Of a stretch of DNA of 64,000 nt, positions 1 through 13,275 are shown one piece after another. The DNA lies in NCBI GenBank assembly GCA_033442325.1, contig JAWQFM010000015.1, positions 250,843 to 314,842 of the forward strand, written 5' to 3'. Position 1 is the first letter of the stretch. Every line of letters begins with the position of its first letter. Below the pieces are notes generated by a model that made no database searches, was not told the origin of the DNA, and was given only the letters and a program-made list of their open reading frames with translations. A program made the position numbers and the translations under genes. The stretch comes from Salpingoeca rosetta (Eukaryota > Protista > Choanoflagellata).

Positions 1-1693
1 GCTTGCCCTGCAGCCAAGACGTGTCATTGTGTCAGTAAGCAATTCCGACGTAGGCATCAATGCGCTTCACCAGATGCACAAGACGCGCAAACAGAAGCGC
101 AAACGCAACACATGTACACACAAGCAACACAAAAACAACAAACAAATGCACAAACACACACACACACAAAACAAATGCACAAACACAACAAACAAACACA
201 CACACACAAACAAACAAGCAAACAAACAAACAAACAAACACACAAACATACACACAAACAAACAAATGCACAGCAGGAACACGAGCTCGCACACCTTCTG
301 GCCTGCATCTGCGCCCTGGCCCTTCTTGCCCTTGTTCTTGCGACCCTTCTTGCCCTTCTTGCCGCGCTGGCCCGGCAGCGCGTCCTCGTCGCCCTCACCA
401 GCATCGGCCGCCGCCTTCACGGGGTCTGGCGGCGCAACCGTCTCAACAACGCCGCTGCTCGACATCACAATTTGCCGCCGTGGGCCCGTCGGGGCAGGCG
501 CAGCCGTGCTGCCGGTGTCATCGTTGTTGTCGTCTTCCTTGCCGCGGGACTTGCGGTTGCGGCGGCTCTTGCCCTTCTTCTTCTGCCCGGGCAGTGGCGC
601 CTCGCCGGCCTCATCTGCTGCTGCTGGTGCTGTTGTTGTTGCTTGTGCTGTTGCTGGCTGCTGACCCTCTGCCGCCTGCTTCTCCTGCTGCTTCGGCTTC
701 TGCTTGCGCTGTTTGCGGGTCTTCTTGCTGCCCTCACCACCCTGCTGCTGCTGCTGCTGTTGGTCGACAGCAACGTCCTCCACGCGATCCTCCTTCGACG
801 ACAGCGTGATGTGCTTCTTCGGGCCCTGCTGCTGCTGTTGCTGCTGTGGTTGTTGTTGCGCGTCGTATGCGTCCACGGGTCTGCCCTGCGGCGCCTCATC
901 GCCAGCAGGACCGCCACGGCCCCGACCGCGACCACGCCCACGGCCCCGCCCCATCGGCCGACCACCGGGGCCACCGGGGCCACCTGGACCACCAGGGCCG
1001 TACCCGCGCCCGCGCCCGTAAGGGTAGCCGCGGCCCCGTCCAAAGCCGCGTGGCATGAACGAGGGCAGCTCCTCGTCAAACTGGCGCGCGTCAAAGGAGA
1101 CCTCGCGCATGCGCGTGTCAATCTCCTGGATGGACTGCAGGCGGTCGCGCGCAAGCTTCAGCGCAGACTCCGCAAGCACAAACGCCCGGTCAACGCTCTC
1201 CTGCCACATGAAACGGTTGAGTGTGTGTGTGTGTGTGTAGTGAGTGAGTGAGTGAGTGAGTGAGTGAGTGTGAGTGAGTGAATGTGAGTGTGAGTGAATG
1301 AATGAGTGAGTGAGTGTGTGTGAGTGAGCAAGGTGTACGCCACTCGTGCGCTATCTGTCACGGCGAGTGTAGAACAATATGCATGAGTGCGTGCGTGTTA
1401 CCTGTGAGCCGATCATCTCGGCGCCCTCGCCGTCCCTGATGCGGATGCGCAGGACGCCCGACTGGTCAATCAGCCGCTGGATCGTCGCGCCGTTCTTCCC
1501 AATAAACGGGCCAATGTCTTGCCTGCAAGCCAGGGATATTTGGGGGGGGGGGAGGAAGGAAAGGTGCAGTGAGGGATGTGGGTGTGGGAAGGCGAAGGCG
1601 TTTACGAGGAGCGAGCGACCATGGGTGGGGGGAAGAAAGACGCACAGACACGAGCAACACAGGCACACGACAACACCAACAACAAGAAATCCC

Positions 1694-1767
<74 letters not shown>

Positions 1768-3016
1768 ACATGCATCAAACGTACTCGTCGAGCGGGAAGA
1801 CGCGCTTGACAATGGTCATGGCGGCGGTGGCGTAGTCGAGGCCCTCCTTTGTCTTGGCACGCACCATCACCGACGCCGATGAGCCCGCAGGGTCGCGGTT
1901 AATCACCACCCGGTCAACCTCGGGGTGCGACTCCACGTGGCTCACGTAGCTGCCCTTCTGCTCGCACGTGCGCAGGCACCAAAGGGAATACAAGCATTGT
2001 GATGTGAGGTGAAGACGATGGTGGTAAAGGTGGCACAGCGGCGAGAGCGTGTGTGTGTATGTGTGTGTGCGTGTGTGTATGTGTGTGTGCGTGTGTGTGT
2101 GTGCGCACGCATCGTCTGTGCGTGTGTGTGCTAACCGGGCCAATGGCGAGCGAAACAAATTCGCGGGGAATGTCGAATGTGTGTGTCAGCATGTTCAGCG
2201 ACTCCTGCAATCGAAAGTGACACGCAAGCAACACAACAATGTCAGCGCTGCTTGTGTGTGTGTGCTTGTGTGTGTGTGTGTGCTTGTGTGCTTGTGTGTG
2301 TGTGTGTGCTTATGTGTGTGTGCTTATGTGTGTGTGTGTGTGTGCAGACCTGCTGGCGCTGGGCGATGGACTCGAGGAACCGCTGCTTGTCGGCGTGGAT
2401 TTGAAGCTGTCAATGAACACAGAAGGTAGATACAAACACACCCCCCCCCCACACACACACGACAAGCAAGGGGCAGTCAACGAAGCGTGAGGCAACAAAA
2501 TTAACTGGCAAGGCGCAAGAGGTTCAAATAGGGATGCCGTGCACATGCGTGTCACGTACGCGGCGAAGGAAGTCGTTCATGACCAGCTGTGATTTGTTGA
2601 TCGCCTCCCGGTTGCCCTAAGGAAACACACACGCGCATACAGGAAACACATGCACGTGCACGGTTATGCTGTGAGCAAACCCGCAACGCAAGTCGGGATG
2701 AAGTCGGGATGAAAACGACAAAGCCCTGTCTTTCTCTTGACGATGCATGTATGCACACGCGAAGAGGCAGTGCGCAATGTGAAAGAAGCGAGTGAGCGCG
2801 GAACTTACGACGAGGACCCAGATTGGCTGGGCGCCGGGCGGGGTTTCGACCTGCACCGCCACCAGGCCGCACAGTGCCCGCAGATCCTCCTTGATCGCCT
2901 CGTCGCTCCTGTCGAAGCACAACACACACGCACGAAGAGCACAGCATTGTGAGCCTAACAAACACTCGACATTGAGTGAATACGTGGGTATGTGTGTGTG
3001 TGTGTGTGCGCGTGCA

Positions 3017-3048
<32 letters not shown>

Positions 3049-4310
3049 ATTGACGTACGCGGCCTGTACGAGCGTTGGCGCAAGGGCGACGTCGTGGCGG
3101 GCGAGCGTCTCCGGGTTGAACGCCGTGCTGCAATCATGCACGAAACACAACATGAAAAGACACACACACACACACATACACACGCGATACTTTGGTGAGT
3201 GGATGCGACAACAACTGCTCAGCAGCGCGTAGTCAAAGCGCGATACACTCTTGTGTTGTCGACAGCATGCGTGCAGGAGCACGCAATGCGCGTGCTTGCG
3301 GCGGCGGCTTACTTGTCGTTTGCCATGCGAACACGGCCGGGCTCCACCCACTCGTTGAAGCTCTCATCAAAGCCAGCGTACGTCACCAGCAGCAGCTGCA
3401 AGAGTGACACGGCAGCACGAGACAGTGGCACACATGCAAAACGCACGCTTGCGTGAGTAAAGAACGTGAGAGCGAAGCAAGCACAGGCAGGATGGCAGGC
3501 TGCACATTCATTCAACCACGGGTGTGAGGTGAGCAGTTGCAGCGTGTTGCACCACGTGACTGACCATGCTGGGGCCGTCGCCACGGACTTCAACGATGCT
3601 GGCACGCGCCCAGCACGGCGGGATGTTGGCGTCGACATAGTACAGCACCTGGTGATTCGAGAAATGCTCAAGCATAAGCAGAATGCGCGTCGACACAAAG
3701 GGCACGTTGACACAAAGATATGCACACACACGTACTCGGCTTATAGGCAAGTACCTACGAACAAACGCACAAGCGAACAAAGGTACAAACAACAACCACG
3801 CCAGGACACACACACACACACACATGTGCACGTACGTCGACTTTCTGGCCTGGGACAGCCTTGAGGTCCTCATGGGGCGGCGTTGTGCGGACATGTGCCA
3901 GGGGCACTGACTGGGGCTGGCGCCAGCTACAGGAGCCACAACAACAACAAACAACCACAAGTAGCCACAGCCCACAAAGCAACAGGACACGCAACGGAGT
4001 GAGCAAAAGCACGCGCGCGGGGCATCGACGCTCTTGCAACGCTAAACAACAGGCGCAACCAGACGCTTGCACACCACGCCACAACGCACTTGTTGTCGAA
4101 GACGATGGTGGCATCGTCCTTGCTCCACTTTGTGATGGTTGCCTGTCGTTCACAACGGAGAGTTGTCGCGGGTTCAGTCAATAGCGCGGGAAATGAGTCA
4201 ACGCGATCGGTTCATGCAGACCATGGCAGAACACAAACAAATTCGCTGCAACCACCACCTACCGGGAAATAGCCCCCAATCTCGGGGTCGAACACCTCGA
4301 CGCGAAGCAT
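1..4310 (-). CDS. FMR1: Fragile X protein family (FMRP/FXR1-like) RNA-binding protein: two Agenet/Tudor domains, KH domains, RGG-like region; multi-exon, 3' end lies beyond the window start
   Basis: Spliced translation from ATG 4308-4310: MLRVEVFDPEIGGYFP|ATITKWSKDDATIVFDN|WRQPQSVPLAHVRTTPPHEDLKAVPGQKVD|VLYYVDANIPPCWARASIVEVRGD|LLVTYAGFDESFNEWVE...REFVSLAIGP|KGSYV...QDIGPFIGKNGATIQRLIDQSGVLRIRI...ESVDRAFVL...GRGRGYPYGRGRG. This matches by eye the FMR1 motifs ([51 protein letters not shown]). GT-AG introns keep the frame at the junctions checked. The last intron seen ends at an acceptor near position 8. Confidence 0.88.
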
Positions 4311-4803
4311 GTCGTCGTCTCAAGTCTGTTTGCCTCTGCTAGTCTTGCTATGCGTTGTTGTTGTTGTTTCACTTTCACAACAAAGAAACACAGTGCACAG
4401 GCCAAAGTTGCAGACAAATTGAAGCGATCCACAGTCAGCACAACAAAACGAACGTCAGTGAGATGGAACGGTGACAGAACGTATGTGTGTGGGTGTGTGT
4501 TGTGTGTTTGTGTGTGTCTTCCCCTCTTTCCCTCCCTCCCACTCTCGCCCTCGCCCTCGCCCTCGCACTCGCACTAACACTCACGCAAGCAAGCGAATAA
4601 TGTGGGGTGTCAGGGCTGGCGTGGTTGCGAGCGAGCGAGTGGACAGCGGCAAACAAACAACACAAAGCAAGCAAGAAGCAAGCAAGCAAGAAGCAGACAC
4701 AAACCTTTTCCACTGCCACGACGCACCAATGGAATTCTGTTGGAAAATATTCGCCAATTTTCCGGAGATCACAGGTTTGTGACAACGACGACGACGAAGA
4801 ACA

Positions 4804-5449
4804 ATGACTGGTGGCGGTGGCAGCAACAAGGTGACGGCCAGCCTGGCAGCGGCGAGGCGGAGGTTTCGACGGCTCCCAGAGCACCTGGCACAGTGCAAGC
4901 AAGAGGTGCGTGTGGGTGTTTGATAGGTAGAGGGGAGAGGGGAGTTTAGTCGTGGGTGCGTGTGATGTGTGCGACGTGTGGTGTGGTGTGTGGTGTGATG
5001 TGTGCGACGTGTGATGTGATATGCGATGCGCAACGTCATCATCACAGATATGCAAGTGTTTGTGGGTGTTCGTGGGTGCTGACCACGGCTTCCCACACGG
5101 TGCAGGCGTCAACGTATGCCAAGTGCATTGAAGGGAACGTTTCTGGTGTGCAGAAGGACATGTGTGCGCAAGAGTTTTCTCGCTTGCTGGCCTGCGTCAA
5201 AGCAGCTGCGGTACGTGTGCCATGAACATGGGCGTGTGTGCGAGCGTGTGTTGTTGTGCGTGTGCGAGCGTGTGCATTTTTGTGAGTGTGAGTGCATTGT
5301 GTATGCGTGTATGCGTGTGTGTACGTGTGTGTATGTGTGTCTGTGTACAAACGAGTGAAACTGTGCTTCCCCAACCAGCCATTTTCTCACATGGCAGCGC
5401 GCCATGCTTCACGACACTTAACACGCTCGTTTTGCAGGCCAAGAAGTGA
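4804..5449 (+). CDS. NDUFAF8: NDUFAF8-like twin CX9C mitochondrial complex I assembly microprotein, 72 aa, 3 exons (4804-4905, 5106-5210, 5438-5449)
   Basis: MTGGGGSNKVTASLAAARRRFRRLPEHLAQCKQE|ASTYAKCIEGNVSGVQKDMCAQEFSRLLACVKAAA|AKK*. Two exact CX9C motifs and phase-0 GT-AG introns. Resembles NDUFAF8 (RLRAFPERLAAC..A..Y..C..KD.C..EF..L..C...AAKK). Confidence 0.85.
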
Positions 5450-5831
5450 CAGCATGGCAACACCAACCTCCCTCCCCCCCCCACACATACACACACTCTC
5501 TCACGCACATGTAACGACTTGGCTTAGGATTACTAATGAACCCCCCCCCCATGTTTCTGTCGCTGGCGGTGTACACATGCACATATTGAAACCTTGTGCT
5601 CTGCACGCAAGTGTTGCACCTGGCTCGCTTGCCTTGGTTCGCTTCTAACATGCAACTGGTGACACCTTGTGATATCAAAGTACAAGCCAGCAAGATTGCA
5701 CAAGGAACAAGCACACACAGCGGACAGAGAGGCAGAGAGAACGAGAGGAAAAAGTTGACGCTGACACACACACACACGCACACACACACACACGCACACA
5801 CATACATACACACATAACACGTCAACAACGG

Positions 5832-6666
5832 CTAAGCTTGTTGGGCGGCCTTGCTGCGCATAATCTTGTCCTGTCGCTTGGCCACCTTGCGTGCCTTCCT
5901 TGCCTTCTGCGCCTCTGTCTTCTTGGGCTTCTTGGCGTGCGGGTTCGGGCCCTTGCTGCGGCTGCTGTTGGCCTTGCGTCGTTTCATGCTCGTCGCCGGC
6001 GCAAACTTCTCCGACGCCACCAGCCCCTGATATGACGGCCGTCGCGGCGCACCAGGCCTGGGCACAGAGACACGTGGTGATGGAATTGAAGAAGAGGGGG
6101 GGGGGGGAGAACAAGGGTGGATGTGAGGATAGGCGCGCGTGCGTGTGTGCGTGTGCGCGTGTGTTGCGGATTGAATCGTGTCGTGTTCTGCGCACTGTGG
6201 CAATAGCAGGAGCAACTGCACCGACGAGCACGTGCAACCACTTCACCACAATCACCCTGCACAGCACAGCACAGCACGGCACATCACCTTGGTGCGTGTC
6301 GCGGCTTTTTCCCGCGGTGGTCCAGCACAACGACCTTCGCCCGCTTCCCGCCAGGCCCGCCTGCACAGCAGCAAACAGGCACGACGCAACGTTGGTGGAT
6401 GCATGCATGGTAGGTGAATGTGTGGATGCGCGTGTGCATGTGTGTGTGTGTGTGTGCATGTGTGTGTGTGTGTGTGTTCACCTGCTCGCTTCTTTGCGTT
6501 GCGGTCTGCCTTGCTCCTCTTCGCTGCAAGTCGGCGCAGTGCACCCGGCTACAAACACACAAGCACACACAGATGCGCGTAGAAGTACGGTAAATGTCAG
6601 TCGCGGTCATCACAATAGCCGTCACAACACAATGTTCCTCTGCGAAGCAGCAGGCACACACACACA

Positions 6667-6741
<75 letters not shown>

Positions 6742-7084
6742 GCAACACAGCGCAGAAGCATGACAGCAAAATCGTACCGGGAGATCCTCTGGGTTGACAT
6801 CACGGCCACCATCACCATCACCATCATCATCACCATCGGCCTCCTGTGCCCTTCGCTTCCCTTTCGCCCCCTTGCTCCCCTTGCTCTCCTTGCTCCCCTT
6901 GCTCTCCTTGCTGCTGTCATCGCCACCCTTGCCACCGTCAGTGCCGCCACGGCCGCGTGCACATCGCTGCACGCGCATCTCGCGCGTTCGGAGTTTCTTT
7001 CCGTCAAGCAGGAGCGCAAGGGATACGCTCTCCTCAAGCGCAAACGACACATACGCAAACCCTTTGCCAACACGCAGCACCTGC

Positions 7085-7147
<63 letters not shown>

Positions 7148-8938
7148 CGGGGGTGAGGAATTGCATGAGCACCATCGCCCGGTTCAAGACCACATACACC
7201 GGCAGCAGCAGCAGCAGCACCACCACCACCACCAGCAGCAGCACACCTTATCACGGATCACACGGACGCCGGCGACGGTGCCGGCCTCATCAAACGCCGC
7301 GTACAGCTCCTCTTCCGTCACGTCTGATGGTGGCGGTGATGGTGAGTGGGTGGTGGAGCATCAAGCAATGAGGATGCGAAGCGGAAGATGCAAAGAATCA
7401 GAGAGACAGACACACACACACACACACACATAAACACATAAACACGCACACACGCAAGACACACTGACAGACAGACAGACTGACACACACACACACACAC
7501 ACTCCATGATGAAGAGGCGCACCAAAGGGGAGGTTGCCGACAAAGACGGTCTTTGTTGGCGGGAGCCTTGTGTTGGACCCGGCCATATCCACACGCAGAT
7601 GCCGCTCGTTGAACACCATCCCATTGCTGCCGTATGGGAAGCGCATGCACGTGTGCGTGTGTGTACGTGTGTGTGCGAGAGTGAGGGTGAACGTACAGGT
7701 GTACGTGTGTGTATGTGTGTGCGCGCGCGCTGTTGAGTGGGTTGCATTGGTGCATGTGTACGTTACGTGTGCATGTATGGGAATGCTTGCTTTACATCTG
7801 CACGACAATGCATGAAAATATGAACATGACCGTGCGTGTTCGCCACTGTAACGCACCACTTGAGTGCAGCGCGTGCCATTGCGTCCTCTGCAAAGACGAC
7901 ATACGCGTTGACCGAGTTCTCCTCCCCGCCAACTTTGCGCCGCCTGAGCAACAGCACGGGCAGCACAACACGGAGGTGGGGCGGGAGCATTAAGATCGCG
8001 AAGGGTGGTACGCTCGCAGCGCATGGCAAGGCTTGAACACACACATACACAAACACACACAAACACAAACACAGCACCATGACAAGCGTGGGCTTCCAAA
8101 CGCACAGGAGAACGGCGGCCTTGGCTCCGCCCTTGTGTGCCATCAGGTTCTGTGAGCAGGCAGACAGGTCGCACATTGGAGAGGCATGTGAGGCTACAGT
8201 ACAAGCACACACACATGCACACATGCACACATGCACACAGACACACAGACACACACACACAAGCACACACACACAAGCACACACATACATACACAACCAC
8301 ACACCGTCGTTCGGAATCGGCATGACTCGATCTTGCCAAACTGGCTGAACAGCTTCTTCAACGCCTACAATATGCACACGAACACACGCCCAGGGATCGT
8401 GAGAGGAGAAATAGAGTGGTGCACCATCACCCACAACCAACATGGCAGAAGCAGACACAGCAAGCAGCCAAGCCAGTGTGCAAGGTACCCATGTCTGTGC
8501 ACAGCCGTGTGTGCATGCTTCTTTCACACGCACCTTTGGCTTTGTGTTGATGGGCAGGTTGCCGACGAAGATGGTGCGCTTATTCCTCTCTTCCTTCTCC
8601 TCTGCACTCATTCGTCCTGTTGTGGCCTCGGCTGTGTCTGCTGTCTTGTCCTTTTGATCTTTCTTGCTCTTCTTGCTCTTCTTTGATTTGTTGGCTGCAC
8701 CATCGCCACCCTCCTCACCCTCTCCACCTTCCTCATCCTCGCCCTCGCTCCCCTGCTCTCCATCTGCACCAGCGTCACCGCTGCCGCCTTCCTCGTCCTC
8801 ATCGTCCTCCTCCTCGTCATCTGTCTCCTCCTTGGCTGGCGGCATCACAAACGGATCGGGTGCGGCAAACAGGTCTGCGATCGCCGCATCCTTCGCCACC
8901 TCGGTCTTCGGGCCGCTCGAGCCAAACACAAACGCCAT
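5832..8938 (-). CDS. RBM34: Nucleolar two-RRM protein RBM34/Nop12-like, multi-exon
   Basis: Acidic/lysine-rich N-terminus. RRM1 RTIFVGNLP...LKKLFSQFGKIESCRFR...NAYVVF...NGMVFNERHLRVD. RRM2 TVFVGNLPF|DVTEEELY...VRVIRD...GKGFAYVSF. Basic C-terminal tail ending at TAG 5832-5834. Confidence 0.88.
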
Positions 8939-9032
8939 CCTCGATGTGTGCGTGTGCGTGTGTGTGTGTGTGGGGGGGGGGTGGGTTGGTTGGTTGGTTG
9001 GTTGGTGTGTATCGATGTGTCGATGCAGATGC

Positions 9033-9163
<131 letters not shown>

Positions 9164-9299
9164 ATGGATGTGGCTGGATGTGTGTATCTGCTGCTGCAAA
9201 CACGTGCGCGCAAATCACGTTTTCCTGTTTTGCACAAGCAAGCAACGGCAACAGCAAACAACAACAACACACACCACGACCCACCTCACGTCCATCACC

Positions 9300-9412
9300 A
9301 TGTTTGAGGAGGCGCTGAAACGGGCTGGCGTGGACGAGAAGGATGAAGGGACGCTGACACGCGCGCAGCAGTTGTGGTCGTTCCTGGACACCATGGCTGC
9401 CACCGACCCAAA

Positions 9413-9468
<56 letters not shown>

Positions 9469-10218
9469 ATGTTTGTGTCAATGTGTGTGTGTATGTACGA
9501 ACGTCCTTGTTGCTGCTGTGTGTATGTCGTCCCCACATGCAAGAATACGCGTAGTTCTTCATCTCACCTGCGCTCGCACTCGACTGTAGCGTATCGTGAG
9601 TTCATCCGCAAGCAGATGGACGAGAAGAAGAAGATGGAAGAGGAGATGCACCCACCAGCCGCCTTTACCCTCCGCGCAAAGAATGTGCGCCAACTGTCGT
9701 TGATGCCGCTGTGTGTGTTGTGTGACTGAAGCCGCTGTTGCTGGTGTGGCCTGGCCTGCACTTGATTCTCGTCATTCCGTGCACACACTCATGGCACACC
9801 CTCCCTCACACACACACACTCACTCACTCACTCTCTCTCTCTCTCTCACATGCACAAACACACACACACACACACACTTACAAACATACACATGCATGCA
9901 CCGCCTGAACCACGCGTGGTTCTGAAGATGAAGAACAACGACACGTGCCTGGTGTCGTTTTGTGGTTCGGACAAGGTGCCATATCCCCAGACGCCGACAT
10001 CACCGGTGCCTGTCGTCACGCGAAAGCCGGTGCAGACAACCCATCAAGGCGAACCCACACAGCTGCTCGAGGTGCGCGTGTGTCCTTCTCCCCACCACCG
10101 TTCATGCCAATCTTGTATTGATGCAATCGTCTTCTTTAACCCTAACCCTAACGCTAACGCCCAGCCGCATCATCCCCACACTCACTCATTCAAGAACATG
10201 TGCTGCCATCTCCACCCA

Positions 10219-10262
<44 letters not shown>

Positions 10263-10520
10263 ATTCACACACACACACACACACACACATTCACACACTC
10301 ATTCACACCACATTAGGTGATCTTCAACCCTCGGGTGCTTTCGGAGTGCGAGGAGGATGCAGAGGCGCACCGCATGCTGGTCGACCTTGCCCTGCGCTGC
10401 ATCAACAGCAAGCACGGCGACACGTTCCAGCTGGACCAGGCGAAAACAGCCCGTCTCAAGCAGCCATTCACATACAAGGAACCCACGTTCCCGCCATCCT
10501 TTCAGCATCATCAACAACAA

Positions 10521-10551
<31 letters not shown>

Positions 10552-10891
10552 GAGGGCCTTTGGAGCCGCAGGATTTGCTGCGAGAGTTGGCGCGACAACG
10601 CGCACAGAACGACACCACCGATGATGACGACGGCAGCGGCGATGGTGATGTCGCGAGCAGCGATGGTTTGTTGAGTGCAGTGAAAAAGAGCAGCGGGCGC
10701 AGTGCAAGCGGCGTTGAAACCTCGAGCATCCTGCTGCCGGGTGGCCTTCGCGCGAGCGAGGTCATTGGGGGCGGCACCAACAGCGCACCAGCAGCGCCAG
10801 CACCATCGTCGACATCGACAGCAGCGACGACAGGGTTGAGAGAGACAACAGCGGGCGTGAGGGCAGGAGAGACTCGAGGTGTATCACAGCA

Positions 10892-10927
<36 letters not shown>

Positions 10928-11342
10928 CGGGGTAGACAGCGATAGCAGCAGAAGTGACAAGAGCCACCAGCGGACTCGCACTGGCGGTCACGATGATAAT
11001 GATGATGAGGATGGCGACAATGATGGTGATGGTGCGAGGCGCGCGTTGTCGTCACAGCAGCGGCCGCTCGTGCAGACGATTGCGTCCACATCCGGTGCCA
11101 CCATCCCCACATACCGGTTTGCACCGTCGCCGCCACCCAACTCCACCGTGCTGGAGGTGGTGCTGCCTGGCGTGGCGACAGCAGCAGATATCGACCTGGA
11201 CATTGACGATGACAGCGTGGAGTTGAGTGTGCCCGACCGTCACCAGCTGCAGGTATCGCTGCCAGCACCAGTTGACCCCGACGCAGCGCGCGCCAAGTTT
11301 GTCAAGGCCACCGCCACCCTCGTCCTCACCCTCCCGCACCAG

Positions 11343-11345
<3 letters not shown>
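9300..11345 (+). CDS. PIH1D2: PIH1 domain-containing protein (PIH1D2-like R2TP/dynein-assembly co-chaperone) with C-terminal CS domain
   Basis: MFEEALKR...AQQLWSFLDTMAATDPK|AYREFIRKQM matches the PIH1D2 N-terminus (QFWNLLDDLAQSDPEGYEKFIQQQL). Central VIFNPRVL. C-terminal LEVVLPGV...DIDLDI...AKFVKATATLVLTLP CS domain. Last exon 10317-11345. Confidence 0.85.
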
Positions 11346-11439
<94 letters not shown>

Positions 11440-11819
11440 TGTGTGTGTGTGAAAGTGTGTGTGTGTGAAAGTGTGTGTGTGTGTGTGTGATTGCATTTGC
11501 TGTGTGTCAGTGTATTTGTTCCTTTGTCTCTGTGCCCCTTTGTCATCCTCTCGGCAATACCGTGTGTTGTCGTGTTGTTTACTTGCAACGAAGCATATTC
11601 CCTTGTATATTCACACGCGTGCCTGCACGCAAGTTATTACCTCTCTCTCATTCCCGCAACCCTACCAGCCGCTACAATACGTCGTTCAAGCCAGTACAAG
11701 TACACATACACGACAACCGCACAATTGCACGGTCGCACACTCGCACAGGCAACGCCACTGCTGACACTGCTGCTGTCTGTATGTCACACTCACTCCACAT
11801 TCACGCCATCATTGGCTTG

Positions 11820-11820
11820 G

Positions 11821-11909
<89 letters not shown>
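11820..11909. repeat. (GTT)30 trinucleotide microsatellite downstream of the ADAT2 stop
   Basis: Perfect repeat read directly. Confidence 0.95.
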
Positions 11910-12009
11910 GCTGGTGGGTCTTCTTTCTCGCTCCTTTTCCCTTCTGCTGCTGCTGCTGCTGCTATTCATGTTCTTGTACTTGTTGTTCTTGTTCCCGCGT
12001 GGCTGCCCT

Positions 12010-13076
12010 CTATCCTCCTTGTCCTTGCTCTCCTCCTCCATGTTCTGTCTCCCCTCCTCCCTGCTGCTGCTGCTGTTCAGGCAGAAGCTTTGGGTCACGG
12101 CGCGTCTTGCGTTTTGGCCGCGGGGCGTTGGGGTTTTCGTTAACGTAGAACAGCTTGAGCAAGTTGATGGCCCGCGTGCGCATGGGCCCGGCCTCCAGCT
12201 GCAACTTGGGCAGGCCGTCTGGCGTCTCGCACTGCAGCAGTGCCGTGTGTCATGCAATGCATTCATGGTGATGATTGGTGGTGATTTGTGGTGATTGTGG
12301 TGATGCTTGAGCGTTTGAGCGTCTACAGTGGTAGACTCAAACAGGCAAATAAGAACAAAGCAGTGCAAGCACACACACACACAATAACAACAGCTGCACA
12401 CTCACTAACACACACATGCACGCGCGCGCACACACGCACAAGGATGCACACCGTACCGTGGCAACGTCCATGGTGGAGCCGCAGCCGCCGAACCGATCAT
12501 TGTGGCAGCCAAACACGACTCTTGTGACCCCGAGCAGGCGCAGCGCATAGGCACACATCACGCACGGTTCAACCGTTACGTAGAGCGTGCAACTGGCTAC
12601 AATATCCTTGGCCTTTTCCACATCTCCGCCGCACCTCGCAACACAGTCGTCAAAGGCAACCAGCTCTGTTCCCACATACATGTGCATGTGTTGGGGGTTG
12701 CGGAGTGCGATAGGCGTGAAGGGATGTCCACGAAGGATACAGAGACAGACGTCGAGGCAAAGAGCGGGAGAGGGATAAAGACAGAGAGGGAGACACACAC
12801 ACACACAGACACACACACACAGACACACACAGAAACGCACACAGAGCGACACTCACTCACTCTCACGCAAACATGCACACACACTGCTCACTCTCACACA
12901 AACATGCACGCACACATACAACAAGCCGTACCTGCGTGGCGGGTAGCGTTGTGCTCAATGTTCGTTTGGTTGCGCCCTGCTGCTTGTACGTTGCCGTTGT
13001 CATCCACAAACACGCAGCCAACAGGCACCTCACCCTCAGCCAGCGCACGCTGCGCCTCAGCCACCGCCGCCTCCAT
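12010..13076 (-). CDS. ADAT2: tRNA-specific adenosine-34 deaminase catalytic subunit (ADAT2/Tad2)
   Basis: [24 protein letters not shown]...NATRHA|E (HAE split by an intron), [11 protein letters not shown] (PCxxC), [32 protein letters not shown]. The start codon position is slightly uncertain. Confidence 0.93.
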
Positions 13077-13275
13077 CACTCTGCTGAAAATTACCTACAT
13101 TGCCCAACACTTTTCTACAACCACCACAACAAGCACAACAACAACAACAAGCACAACAACGACAAGCACAACCATCCACCACTAACCAAACCTTCAACCT
13201 CCTCCTCCTCCTCCTCACCACCTTCCCCATCTCCCCCCCCCCCAATCCCCGGTCCAATTCGGTGCGTATGAGAGG

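Noticed and set aside
9241-9256. GGCAAC half X-box (RFX) upstream of the cilia-related PIH1D2
   Set aside because: Only a 6-bp half site in CAA-rich sequence, so not distinguishable from background.
11475-12401. Poly-Val, poly-Leu and poly-Asn ORFs over the (GTT)30 tract
   Set aside because: The repeat lies downstream of the ADAT2 stop, between convergent genes. The ORFs are repeat artefacts.
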